Shown piece after piece: positions 36,232 through 45,310 of a stretch of 64,000 bases of DNA. The position numbers and the translations under genes were made by a program. Position 1 is the first letter of the stretch; each line of letters starts with the position of its first letter. Source of the DNA: Bacillota bacterium. Lineage in GTDB: Bacteria; Bacillota; Clostridia; Christensenellales; CAG-917. The notes beneath the pieces were generated by a model. That model was not told the DNA's origin, ran no database searches, and was given only the letters and a program-made list of their open reading frames with translations. The stretch is from NCBI GenBank assembly GCA_023665365.1, contig JAMPEA010000004.1, positions 32,823-96,822 of the forward strand, written 5' to 3'.

Positions 36232-37101
36232 TCAGATGTCGAACTCGTCGAACACGTTATCGTCGGATTTTTTCTTGTCCGACTGCGGGTCCGTGCCGTC
36301 GAATACGCTGTCGGCGTCGCCTCGCAGTTTGTAGCCTCTGTTGTCGAAGTTCTCGTAAAACTCCCCTCGCGTTTCGGGATTGCGGAATCTGTCGGATTTT
36401 TTCCTAAGCAACTCGCCGAGGACGATAACCGCAATCAGATACGCAAAGTATATGCAGATGACCGCTACGCTCGCGCCGAGTTGCAACTCGGTGATTTCAA
36501 GCGTCTGCCCTATGTCGTAGAGGATTTCCCATATTTCAATCCCGTACGCGCCGCCGTCGAGTATGGAAAGATACACGGAGTTTGAAAATATCACGGATAC
36601 GCCCGCAACAATCATATACACCATAAACCACACTTTAAACACGTTGTACTTTTCAACGGGATTGAGGTTGTACCACTTTGCAATCAAGAAGTACAGCCCT
36701 ATCAGCACGCCCGTAAGCAGAGTGAAGTCGAGCACCGTCGTCGTTATCGTGGCAACGTTCGGGTTGAGTATGGAAAATATCTCGATTATTCCCACGAAAA
36801 ATTTTACGACTGCAACCGCCGCCATCACAAGGTAGCAGAAGTCCGCGCGGGGAACGGCGCGCACGTATCTCATCGAGCTTATATGCCACACTACGAACGC
36901 GCACAAAAACACGACCGCCATCGGCACTATCCCATAGCTCAACGCGTAGCGGATAATCAGCCAAAACACGCTTAGCGCAGAGGTCGGCTCGGCGACGGAC
37001 ACTGCGAGATAAATCTCGTAGGCGTTGCGCACGAGACACGCGATAAGAAGCCCAATCCATATAATCGGAGCATATTTTTTGATAACCTTTCCGTTTGCCA
37101 T
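36232..37101 (-). CDS. Hypothetical polytopic membrane protein with acidic C-terminal tail
   Basis: 289 aa with about 7 hydrophobic helices. No family recognised. Confidence 0.5.
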   Translation of the reverse strand: MANGKVIKKYAPIIWIGLLIACLVRNAYEIYLAVSVAEPTSALSVFWLIIRYALSYGIVPMAVVFLCAFVVWHISSMRYVRAVPRADFCYLVMAAVAVVKFFVGIIEIFSILNPNVATITTTVLDFTLLTGVLIGLYFLIAKWYNLNPVEKYNVFKVWFMVYMIVAGVSVIFSNSVYLSILDGGAYGIEIWEILYDIGQTLEITELQLGASVAVICIYFAYLIAVIVLGELLRKKSDRFRNPETRGEFYENFDNRGYKLRGDADSVFDGTDPQSDKKKSDDNVFDEFDI

Positions 37102-37127
37102 ATTCTACTCCAAAAAATTATATTTCG

Positions 37128-38108
37128 TCATATCAAAAGCAACTCGAACATTGCCTGTTGAAGCGCGCCGTTTTCGCTGCGCTTGCCGCTTAGCACGTCG
37201 CATTGCATAGAGTGCAGACAGTCCACGCTCTTTTTCAGCCTCACCTGCGAGTAGGTCGAGGACACCTTTTTGAGATGATACACCGCCCCGCCGCTCATAG
37301 CGAGCAATCCGCCGAGTTCGTCGTTGCTAAGCCCTTTGCCGAGTTCGGCGTGAAGCATCTTGCGATACCTGTCGTAAAGCTGGTTGAGTATGCGCATCGA
37401 GCGCACGCCGTTTTTGTAGAACGTATCGAGCACTCTAAACGCCTTGTCGCCGTCCTTTTTGCTAACCGCGTCGGTGAGTTCGTATATCTGGAAGTCGAAA
37501 TCTTCCGTGACCATAGCGCACACGTCCTCGCGGGTTATAGTCCCGTCCGCGTAGGATTTGAGCTTGACAAGCTCGCTCGCCACGCGCGACATTGCGCCCT
37601 GCGTGCGCCTTGCAAGCTCCGCGATTGCGCCGTCCTCTATGCTCCGCTCGGGCGGGATTTTGCAAATCTTGCGTATCTCGACGGCAAGCTCCCCCTCGCT
37701 AAGCAAGGAGCAATCCACGCTCGCAACGTTTTTGCCCTTCAACGACTTTGCCGCGTCCGCGTCGCACTCCGCAACCAAGACGGACGTTTCGTCGGGAGCG
37801 TCGATATAGGCTTTGAGCGCCTTTTTATCCTCGTCGGACAGCTTTTGAAAAATCGACAGCGCCACAACTCTATATTGCCCGAAAACGGGATATGTATGCA
37901 ACGTCTCGATTGCGTCGGCAACGCCGCCGTCCGCCGAAAAGCGGGAAAAATTGAAATCGGCAAAATCCTCTTCGACAAGGCTAGACAGCGTCTTTATCGC
38001 GTGCTCGCGCAGATAGTCGTCCTCGCCGACCACGACGTAAACGGGAGCAAGTTTTTCAACCCCCGCAATCACGCCGTTCAGATGCTGTGCAAGTTCGCCG
38101 TATTTCAA
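37128..38108 (-). CDS. holA: DNA polymerase III subunit delta
   Basis: 326 aa. 'LAPVYVVVGEDDYLREHAIKTL' is a delta N-terminal pattern, and the length and overall profile fit HolA. Confidence 0.8.
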   Translation of the reverse strand: MKYGELAQHLNGVIAGVEKLAPVYVVVGEDDYLREHAIKTLSSLVEEDFADFNFSRFSADGGVADAIETLHTYPVFGQYRVVALSIFQKLSDEDKKALKAYIDAPDETSVLVAECDADAAKSLKGKNVASVDCSLLSEGELAVEIRKICKIPPERSIEDGAIAELARRTQGAMSRVASELVKLKSYADGTITREDVCAMVTEDFDFQIYELTDAVSKKDGDKAFRVLDTFYKNGVRSMRILNQLYDRYRKMLHAELGKGLSNDELGGLLAMSGGAVYHLKKVSSTYSQVRLKKSVDCLHSMQCDVLSGKRSENGALQQAMFELLLI

Positions 38109-38236
38109 AACGCACCACTCTAATATTTAAGTATATTATATATTAACATTAAAAACGCGGCGTGTAAAGATTATGAGATGATTTTATGAGGCGATTATAC
38201 AAAGTTATTCGCTCAATGTCGAATTGAATTAGAGAT

Positions 38237-38962
38237 TTAGCAAAGGAACGATATTTGCGTTTTAATCAAGTCTTTGACGACTTCGCCCGCAATAATCAGC
38301 CCCGCAACGGACGGCACAAACGCATTGCTTGCGGGAGTATCGCGTCTATTCGGATTTTCGGAATTCAGGTCAATCGCAGGCGTTATGGGCGTTTCTTTTG
38401 AATAGACTACTTTCAGGCTGTCTATGCCCCTTTTTTTCAGTTCTCTGCGCATGACCTTCGCAAGCGGACAGACGGAGGTTTTATATATGTCCGTCACCTC
38501 GAATAAAGTGGGGTCGAGTTTATTGCCCGCACCCATCGCGCTTATGATTGGAATATCGAGCTTCTTTGCGTTTTCGATGAGCGCGAGCTTGCTCGTAACG
38601 GTGTCGATTGCGTCCACGATATAGTCGTACTCGGAAAAATCGAATTCGGTATCCGCCGTATAAAACGTCTTAAACGCAGTGACTTTGCAATCGGGATTTA
38701 TATCGACAACGCGCTTTGCGGCAACGTCAACTTTAAACTCGCCTATCGTATTGTGCGTAGCGATAATTTGACGGTTTAAATTGGTCAAGCAGACTTTATC
38801 GCCGTCTACGAGGTCGATTGCGCCGACGCCCGAACGCGCGAGCGCTTCCACAGTATATCCGCCCACGCCGCCTATGCCGAATACGACTACGCGCGACGAT
38901 TTAAGTCGCTCCATAGCCTCCGAGCCGAACATCGCTTGCGTCCTTGCAAATTGATTTAGCAT
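38237..38962 (-). CDS. tcdA: tRNA threonylcarbamoyladenosine dehydratase (ThiF/E1-like)
   Basis: 'VVVFGIGGVGGYTVEALARSGVG...DLVDGDKVCLTNLNRQ' E1-like fold. 241 aa. Confidence 0.85.
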   Translation of the reverse strand: MLNQFARTQAMFGSEAMERLKSSRVVVFGIGGVGGYTVEALARSGVGAIDLVDGDKVCLTNLNRQIIATHNTIGEFKVDVAAKRVVDINPDCKVTAFKTFYTADTEFDFSEYDYIVDAIDTVTSKLALIENAKKLDIPIISAMGAGNKLDPTLFEVTDIYKTSVCPLAKVMRRELKKRGIDSLKVVYSKETPITPAIDLNSENPNRRDTPASNAFVPSVAGLIIAGEVVKDLIKTQISFLC

Positions 38963-38987
38963 ACGTTTTGACCTCTAAAATAAAATA

Positions 38988-40412
38988 TTATCCTACTCGG
39001 ACGTATTCCAAACTGCGCGAGTCGTCTCTCATCGTCTTGCTAACGCGAATGACCTTGTTGTAGGCGTAGGCAAACAGCCCCGCGTCCAAAACCAAATTTA
39101 TGATCCAGCTTATCGGATACGATAGGTAGAGGATAAGCGTCGTGCGCGACTTTCTGAACGCCGTGTAAACCCAGATTATTCGATATGCGCACACCGACAG
39201 GAAAGACGGTATCATCGGGATAATCGCGTAGTTCATTCCCCTAAGACAGCCCACCACGTTTTCAACTATTCCGCAGATAAAGTAGATGGGCAGTATCACG
39301 CTCATTCTGTCGATGGCTAAATCGACGACGGTAGGGTCTTGCGTGTACAGCCCCGCAAGAGGCTTGCCGAGGAAGTATATAAACGCTCCGAGTACGACGC
39401 TTATCAAAATTGTGACGACGCTGCTGTCAAGCAAAATCGACTTCATTCGGTCGTAGCGTTTCGCGCCGGCGTTCTGTCCGGCAAAAGTCGTTGCCGCGCT
39501 CGATACGGCGTTCATAGAGGTGTAGACGAACGCCTCCAAGCTCGCGCCCACGCCGTTGCCCGCCATAACCGCCGCGCCGAAGCCGTTTATGCTCGATTGA
39601 ATTATGACGTTCGCAACCGAGAAAAACGAACTAAGTATGCCCGATGGCAATCCTACGCGCAAAATATCCAAAAGTTCCCGCTTTTTTATGCGGAGCTTTT
39701 TGAAATTGAGTTTGCAGTATTCCTTTTCGCGCGCAAGCGTGATTATGACAAGCGCCACCGATATATACTGCGATACGATTGTCGCTATCGCAACTCCCGC
39801 TACGTCCATATGCGCGCATTTGACCAAAATCAAATTCAAACACGCGTTTATCACACCCGAAAGCGCGAGGAACATAAGCGGTCGCTTCGTATCTCCCTTT
39901 GCTCGCAGTATCGCCGCGCCGAAGTTGTATACGATATTGGCGGGCGCGCCTATAAAATAGATGCTGAGATAAGTAGTGGCTTTGTCTATCACGTTTGCGT
40001 CTGTTTTCATCCAGACGAGGAAATATCTCGCGCACAGCGCGCCGATAAGCCCCACAGCCACGCCGCAGATGACGGACATAAGTATGGCGGTATGCACCGC
40101 GTTTTGCGCCCTCTCCTTATTGCGCGAGCCTATCGCGTGCGCGACGACAACGTTTGCGCCCACGGATAAGCCGAGCGATACGTTGATGATAAGGCTGATA
40201 AGCGCGTTATTGGAGCTGATTGCCGCAACCGACTCCTTGCTCGTCTGAGAAAACTGCCCGATGACAATGAGGTCTACGGCATTGAAAAGCAGTTGCAAAA
40301 TACCCGAAAGCGCAAGCGGAAGAGAAAAGGCAATCAACTTGCCCATAATTCCGCCGCTTGTCATATCCATATTTTTTGCGCGTCCGAATAGCGTTTTGCC
40401 GTACTTAACCAT
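38988..40412 (-). CDS. MATE-family efflux transporter
   Basis: 474 aa with 12 TM helices. 'DMTSGGIMGKLIAFSLPLALSGILQLLFNAVD' is the typical MATE N-terminus. Confidence 0.9.
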   Translation of the reverse strand: MVKYGKTLFGRAKNMDMTSGGIMGKLIAFSLPLALSGILQLLFNAVDLIVIGQFSQTSKESVAAISSNNALISLIINVSLGLSVGANVVVAHAIGSRNKERAQNAVHTAILMSVICGVAVGLIGALCARYFLVWMKTDANVIDKATTYLSIYFIGAPANIVYNFGAAILRAKGDTKRPLMFLALSGVINACLNLILVKCAHMDVAGVAIATIVSQYISVALVIITLAREKEYCKLNFKKLRIKKRELLDILRVGLPSGILSSFFSVANVIIQSSINGFGAAVMAGNGVGASLEAFVYTSMNAVSSAATTFAGQNAGAKRYDRMKSILLDSSVVTILISVVLGAFIYFLGKPLAGLYTQDPTVVDLAIDRMSVILPIYFICGIVENVVGCLRGMNYAIIPMIPSFLSVCAYRIIWVYTAFRKSRTTLILYLSYPISWIINLVLDAGLFAYAYNKVIRVSKTMRDDSRSLEYVRVG

Positions 40413-40572
40413 AACAGAGTGCTCGAAAATTTATTGCGATAATATTTTTGTACTTATTTTAAAAAAAAGCAACTAAATACGCGCAACATATTTAAAATGT
40501 TATTTTAAAACAAAGTCGATTTTAATCTCGCCGCCAAAACTTTCCGATATTCAAATTAAATTGCAAGGTCTT

Positions 40573-41760
40573 TTACAAAACTTTTTTGAGGAACTCCTGC
40601 AACCTTGGGTGTTTGGGGCAGTTAAAAAACTCATCGGGCGCGCCCTGCTCCAAAATCTTGCCTTGCGACATAAACAGAATACGCGTGCCGACCTCCCTTG
40701 CAAACGCCATTTCGTGCGTGACGACAACCATAGTCATGCCCTCGTCGGCGACCTGCTTGATGAGTTCGAGCACCTCGCCGACCATCTCGGGGTCGAGCGC
40801 GGAAGTAGGCTCGTCGAAAAGCATAACCTTGGGGCTCATAGCAAGCGCACGCGCAATAGCGACGCGCTGTTTTTGCCCGCCGCTCAAAGTGGAAGGATAC
40901 ACGTCCGCCTTTTCGCTAAGCCCTATCCTTTTAAGCAGTCTGTCGGCGGTGTCGGACGCCTGCGTCTTTATCTGCTTTGCCGAGGTATGTTTAAGCGGTT
41001 GTTTTTCAAGCAAAGCCGCGGGCTTGGTATGCGCGATTTTCCTCTCGGTCTTTTCGATTTTATCCGTGAGTTTCAGCTTTTGCGCCGTCAACTTTTTATC
41101 GTAATCGACAAAGGATTTCCCCGCGATTTCCTTATATCCTTTTGTGGCTTCCCACTCCGAAACGATAGGTTCAAGCTCCGTTTTTAACGTATTAACCCTT
41201 GATTTGAGCTTAACTATGCGCTTTTGGATTTTTTCGTTATGCCACTTTCCGAACGCGTTATACCAAGCGTTGTATATCGGCACGAGCGCGTTTTTCGTCT
41301 GCTCCTTGCGCATATTTTTTATGCCTATTCTGATTGGCGCGAGCATTATATTTTTCTTGACGGTCATATTGTTAAACAGATTGAATTGCTGAAACACCAT
41401 GCCCATCTTTTGGCGGTGCGTGTTGATATTGACCTTTATATCGGCGATGTCAACCCCGTCGAAAAATATCTTGCCCGTAGTTGGGTCTTCAAGGCAGTTA
41501 AGACACCTCAAAAACGTGGACTTCCCGCCGCCAGACGGACCGATGACGACGATTTTTTCGCCCTCGTAAATCTCGCAGGAAATATCGTCGAGCACAAGTA
41601 AATCTCCGAATTTTTTCGTAAGATTTTTTATCGAGATTAGGGGTTCTTTTCCGTTTGCGAAATCCGACGCTTGCAAGTCCGTCTGCCCGTTTATTTGCTC
41701 GTCCGTCGTTTGCTCGATTGCCGCCTGTCCCTCAATTAAAGTTAGTTCGTACTGCGTCAT
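40573..41760 (-). CDS. Amino-acid ABC transporter ATP-binding protein with ~110-aa insertion
   Basis: Walker A 'GPSGGGKST', Q-loop 'MVFQQFNLF', signature 'LSGGQKQR' and Walker B '[13 protein letters not shown]'. About 147 aa separate 'LAP' from 'VYP', against the ~35 aa I recall in GlnQ-type proteins. Confidence 0.85.
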   Translation of the reverse strand: MTQYELTLIEGQAAIEQTTDEQINGQTDLQASDFANGKEPLISIKNLTKKFGDLLVLDDISCEIYEGEKIVVIGPSGGGKSTFLRCLNCLEDPTTGKIFFDGVDIADIKVNINTHRQKMGMVFQQFNLFNNMTVKKNIMLAPIRIGIKNMRKEQTKNALVPIYNAWYNAFGKWHNEKIQKRIVKLKSRVNTLKTELEPIVSEWEATKGYKEIAGKSFVDYDKKLTAQKLKLTDKIEKTERKIAHTKPAALLEKQPLKHTSAKQIKTQASDTADRLLKRIGLSEKADVYPSTLSGGQKQRVAIARALAMSPKVMLFDEPTSALDPEMVGEVLELIKQVADEGMTMVVVTHEMAFAREVGTRILFMSQGKILEQGAPDEFFNCPKHPRLQEFLKKVL

Positions 41761-42515
41761 TTAACGTCTCTCCTTTTTGCAAACAATTTCTTTCGTGACG
41801 AGACTTTATTGCCGTTGTCGTGCGCCCTCAACTTCTTTTCGATGAGCTTCAAAATAACGGTGACGATAAGCACGATGATGAGATATATCACCGCCAAAAT
41901 CATATAATCGACAAGCGCTTTATAGTTTGTTGCAACTATACTCTGCACCGCAAAGGTTACGTCGATGACCGTTATGTAACCCGCGACCGAAGTGTCCTTC
42001 AAAAGTGTAATCAACTCGTTGCCCATAGTGGGAACGACGTTCTTCGTAGCTTGCGGAATGACTACGCGTAGCATCGTTGACGAATAGGACATTCCAAGCG
42101 CGCGACCCGCTTCCATTTGCCCCTTATCGATGGACATAATCGCGGCGCGGATATACTCCGACTGATACGCCGCGCTGTTAAGCCCGAATACGAGTATCGC
42201 TATAAACAGCGTTCCGCCCTGCGAATGAGTGAGCGCCGACTGCGCAAGAAGCCCGAAGTACATAAGCAGCAGCTGTACGACCACGGGAGTGCCTCTTATA
42301 ATCATCACGTACACGTCGCAGATTTTGTCAAGGATTTTCAAAAACCAGTTGTTGTACTTTGGCGTCACTTTGACGATTGCGATAAGAGTGCCGAGCAGTA
42401 CGCCGATTAAAAACGCCACTAACGCAATTATCAGGGTGTTTTTCAACCCTGATAATAATTGTACGTGATATTTGGTCAGAACCGCCCAAAAGTTTTCAAA
42501 GAAGTTGTCCCACAT
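41757..42515 (-). CDS. Amino-acid ABC transporter permease (HisM/GlnP family)
   Basis: 252 aa. '[22 protein letters not shown]' EAA-loop motif is present. Confidence 0.9.
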   Translation of the reverse strand: MWDNFFENFWAVLTKYHVQLLSGLKNTLIIALVAFLIGVLLGTLIAIVKVTPKYNNWFLKILDKICDVYVMIIRGTPVVVQLLLMYFGLLAQSALTHSQGGTLFIAILVFGLNSAAYQSEYIRAAIMSIDKGQMEAGRALGMSYSSTMLRVVIPQATKNVVPTMGNELITLLKDTSVAGYITVIDVTFAVQSIVATNYKALVDYMILAVIYLIIVLIVTVILKLIEKKLRAHDNGNKVSSRKKLFAKRRDVK

Positions 42516-42517
42516 AC

Positions 42518-43360
42518 TTACGCTTCGTTATTCGCGCCGAGACCGCTTGTCTCTCCGTATTTTTGGAATATTTCCTCAATCTTGCCGTTTTGAATGAGCT
42601 TGGTAAGCGCGGCATCGACCTTTTCAAGGAGCTCCTTATTGCCCTTCTTCACTGCGAAAGCATAGTCTTCGCCTGTCAAAACGACGCTTGAAACAGCAGT
42701 GCCCGACTTTGCGGCTACGAGTTTCTTCGCGGGAACTGCGTCGATGATTACGTAATCGACCTGTCCGTTAAGCAAAGCGTCAACCGCCGCCGCGCCGCTG
42801 TCGTAGGGCTTGACCTTGGAGGCATCCGTGACTCCGTCGTAGTCGTCGGAAGCTCCCGACGCATAGAAGTAGCCCGTCGTGCCCGCTTGAACGCCGATAT
42901 TCTTGCCTGCAAGCGCCGCCTCTACGTCATCAGCCTCTGTCAAAGCAAGGATTGGATCGCCCGTTTTTGCGATTACGACTTGGCTTGAACTGAAATAGGT
43001 CTGAGTAAAATCGACGGTTTCCTTACGGGTTTCCGTTATCGTGAGCCCTGCCGCCGCAATATCGTGCGTACCCGCGCCCACTGCCGCAACGACAGAACTA
43101 AACGTCATGTGATTGTATTCAACCTCTACGCCGAGCTCCTCGGCGATAGCCGCCATAATATCTATATCGATACCCACAAACACATCGTTATCGGGATCCA
43201 AATATTCAAACGGTTCAAAGAAGCAGTTTGTAGCCACGTTTAGCTTTCCGTCCTCCAAGCCCGTCTTATTGTCGTTGTTGCAAGCCGCAAGGGCGAAGCA
43301 TGCGACGCCGATAACCGCGACGCACATAATAACCGATAATACTTTGATTGATTTTTTCAT
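42518..43360 (-). CDS. Amino-acid ABC transporter substrate-binding lipoprotein
   Basis: Lipobox 'FALAAC', followed by the type-3 SBP pattern ('GIDIDIMAAIAEELG', 'DIAAAGLTITETRKE'). Confidence 0.9.
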   Translation of the reverse strand: MKKSIKVLSVIMCVAVIGVACFALAACNNDNKTGLEDGKLNVATNCFFEPFEYLDPDNDVFVGIDIDIMAAIAEELGVEVEYNHMTFSSVVAAVGAGTHDIAAAGLTITETRKETVDFTQTYFSSSQVVIAKTGDPILALTEADDVEAALAGKNIGVQAGTTGYFYASGASDDYDGVTDASKVKPYDSGAAAVDALLNGQVDYVIIDAVPAKKLVAAKSGTAVSSVVLTGEDYAFAVKKGNKELLEKVDAALTKLIQNGKIEEIFQKYGETSGLGANNEA

Positions 43361-43592
43361 TGCATACTCCTTTTCGAGTCAAATTTATTTTGCGTTGAAA
43401 TACTAACACTTTGACGATAATAACGCAACTGATTTTGCATATTTTTTCAAAATTTTTTTAATTTTATGCAGATTATCATAAATTTGTTTAGATTTTATGC
43501 AATTATGCAATATTTTATGCATAAAATCCGCCTCATTCGTTCGATTTGACGGCAAATTGGATTTGTTATATCATTTATAAAACGGTGGAAAT

Positions 43593-44420
43593 ATGACTTA
43601 TAACGTATTGATAATAAAAGATAACGGCGCGAAATGCGAAAGCGCAATGCGAATACTTAAAGACGTAGGGCAAAAATTTTCGAGGGATTTTGCGTTTGAA
43701 ATTTGCGACGTATCCGCAAGCTCCGACGAGATAATAGGCAAAGCGAAATCCGCGCATGCCGTTCTGCTTGAAAAAAGCCCCTCCGCCCTGCGCAAAATCT
43801 GCAAGGGACTCGGGCTGTATGCAAGCGTAAGAAAAGTCGGCGAACGCCTTGTGGTAAACGACGCGTTCGGCGGAATTTACGACGGCGATAAGGGTTTCAG
43901 AAATAACCCGACGTTCGGGCGCGAGGCTTACGACCGCGAGTGTTACAGCGAGCTCGAAATAGAGCGCGTTGCGCGTATCGCCTACGAACTTACTCCCACC
44001 CGTCATATCACACTGATAGACAAAGCTGACGAGCTTGCAACCTCAAAGCTGTGGCGCAAAATCGTGACGGACATAAACGAGGATTATCCCTTTGTGGGCG
44101 TGGATATGCTTTCAATCGAAAACGCAATGAGCTTGCTTTTAAAAGAGGAGGCGGATACTCTGCTTGCGCCGCACCTATTCGCAGATATAATCGTCGGCGC
44201 GCTGTCAACGAAAGCGGACGTAAAATATTCCGCCCTGCTCGGCGACACCGCACTCGGAATGTACGTCTTAGGAGACGACAGCACAAACGTAAATAATTTC
44301 AGAGCCGCTCAACAAAGCAAACGCAACGAAGTTGCCGAAGTTGCCGAAGCGGCGGCGTTTATGTTGCGCCACTCGTTCGATATGCAAAAAGAAGCCGACT
44401 ACGTTGAAAGCCTAAAATAA
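43593..44420 (+). CDS. Shortened, degenerate isocitrate/isopropylmalate dehydrogenase-family protein
   Basis: 275 aa. The family blocks are recognisable ('FGGIYDG', 'YSELEIERVARIAYELT', 'IDKADELATSKLWRK', 'AAFMLRHSF'). However, 'NLFGDILSD' is 'HLFADIIVG' here and the 'HGSAPDIAG' block is absent. Confidence 0.6.
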   Translation: MTYNVLIIKDNGAKCESAMRILKDVGQKFSRDFAFEICDVSASSDEIIGKAKSAHAVLLEKSPSALRKICKGLGLYASVRKVGERLVVNDAFGGIYDGDKGFRNNPTFGREAYDRECYSELEIERVARIAYELTPTRHITLIDKADELATSKLWRKIVTDINEDYPFVGVDMLSIENAMSLLLKEEADTLLAPHLFADIIVGALSTKADVKYSALLGDTALGMYVLGDDSTNVNNFRAAQQSKRNEVAEVAEAAAFMLRHSFDMQKEADYVESLK

Positions 44421-44651
44421 TTATTTGGTTTTTTTCTCTATGTAATCGGCGACGCTTTGCACGGTTGAAAATCCGCGCGTATCGTCGTCGTCCACGATAA
44501 TGCCCCACTCCTTTTCGACGAGCATAAGCATTTCCACAACGTCGAGGCTGTCCGCGCCGATGTCTTTAAGGATATTGCTGTCGGGCTTAACCTCTGCGAC
44601 GTCTATGCACATTTGGTCGGCTATAATCTGTCTGACTTTTTCTAAAATCAT
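44421..44651 (-). CDS. acpP: Acyl carrier protein
   Basis: 76 aa with the 'GADSLDVVEMLM' phosphopantetheine attachment motif. Its stop codon abuts the stop of the convergent gene (TAATTA). Confidence 0.85.
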   Translation of the reverse strand: MILEKVRQIIADQMCIDVAEVKPDSNILKDIGADSLDVVEMLMLVEKEWGIIVDDDDTRGFSTVQSVADYIEKKTK

Positions 44652-44813
44652 GTTTCACCTCAAAATCGAGCGTTAGGTTCGTATTTTATATTGTATATAA
44701 TTCCTCAATACAGTTTATATATATTTAATATAATTATATATATCTTATATTTATATATCATTAAGTATTTATTAACATTCGGTTATATATATTTGCTTTT
44801 TATGTCCTGCGTC

Positions 44814-45299
44814 TCAGTCTATGGCTGATGGGTCTATGTCGTAGGCGCGGATATTCTGCTCCTCCGCGCAGACGCAGGCGTGATAGCCGTCGTATATCGG
44901 AAAGTGCTCGAAGTGCACGTCTGCGGGGATTTCGCACCTAAACGCGCCGAGCCCCTCGCCTGTGAATTTCAAGTAACTTTCGCGCTCCGTCCACTTTTCA
45001 AAGAATTCCTCCTCGCTGTCGGCGGCGATGAAGTCGAACTTTTTAAAGTCTATCGGGCGGATTTTTTCTATATCCACCCCGATTGGCGCGTGCGAGACGC
45101 CGAGCATAGTCACGCCGTGCGAGTGGGACAGATTGAAATATACGTCATCGCAGTCGAAACGAGGTTTTTTCCCCTGCTCCCTTATGATTTGGACGCTACG
45201 CGGCAAATCCTCGTCGCCTATAAGGTCTCGATAATTGGAATATCCGAACTTTATAAACGCGTCGCTGTCCACCTCTCCGCGGGTGAAAAAAAGTATCAT
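44814..45299 (-). CDS. 4'-phosphopantetheinyl transferase (short Sfp-like)
   Basis: 161 aa. 'FNLSHSHG', 'GVDIEKI' and 'WTERESYLKFTG' (W/KEA-type) motifs are present. Confidence 0.7.
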   Translation of the reverse strand: MILFFTRGEVDSDAFIKFGYSNYRDLIGDEDLPRSVQIIREQGKKPRFDCDDVYFNLSHSHGVTMLGVSHAPIGVDIEKIRPIDFKKFDFIAADSEEEFFEKWTERESYLKFTGEGLGAFRCEIPADVHFEHFPIYDGYHACVCAEEQNIRAYDIDPSAID

Positions 45300-45310
45300 C
45301 TCACACCTCT

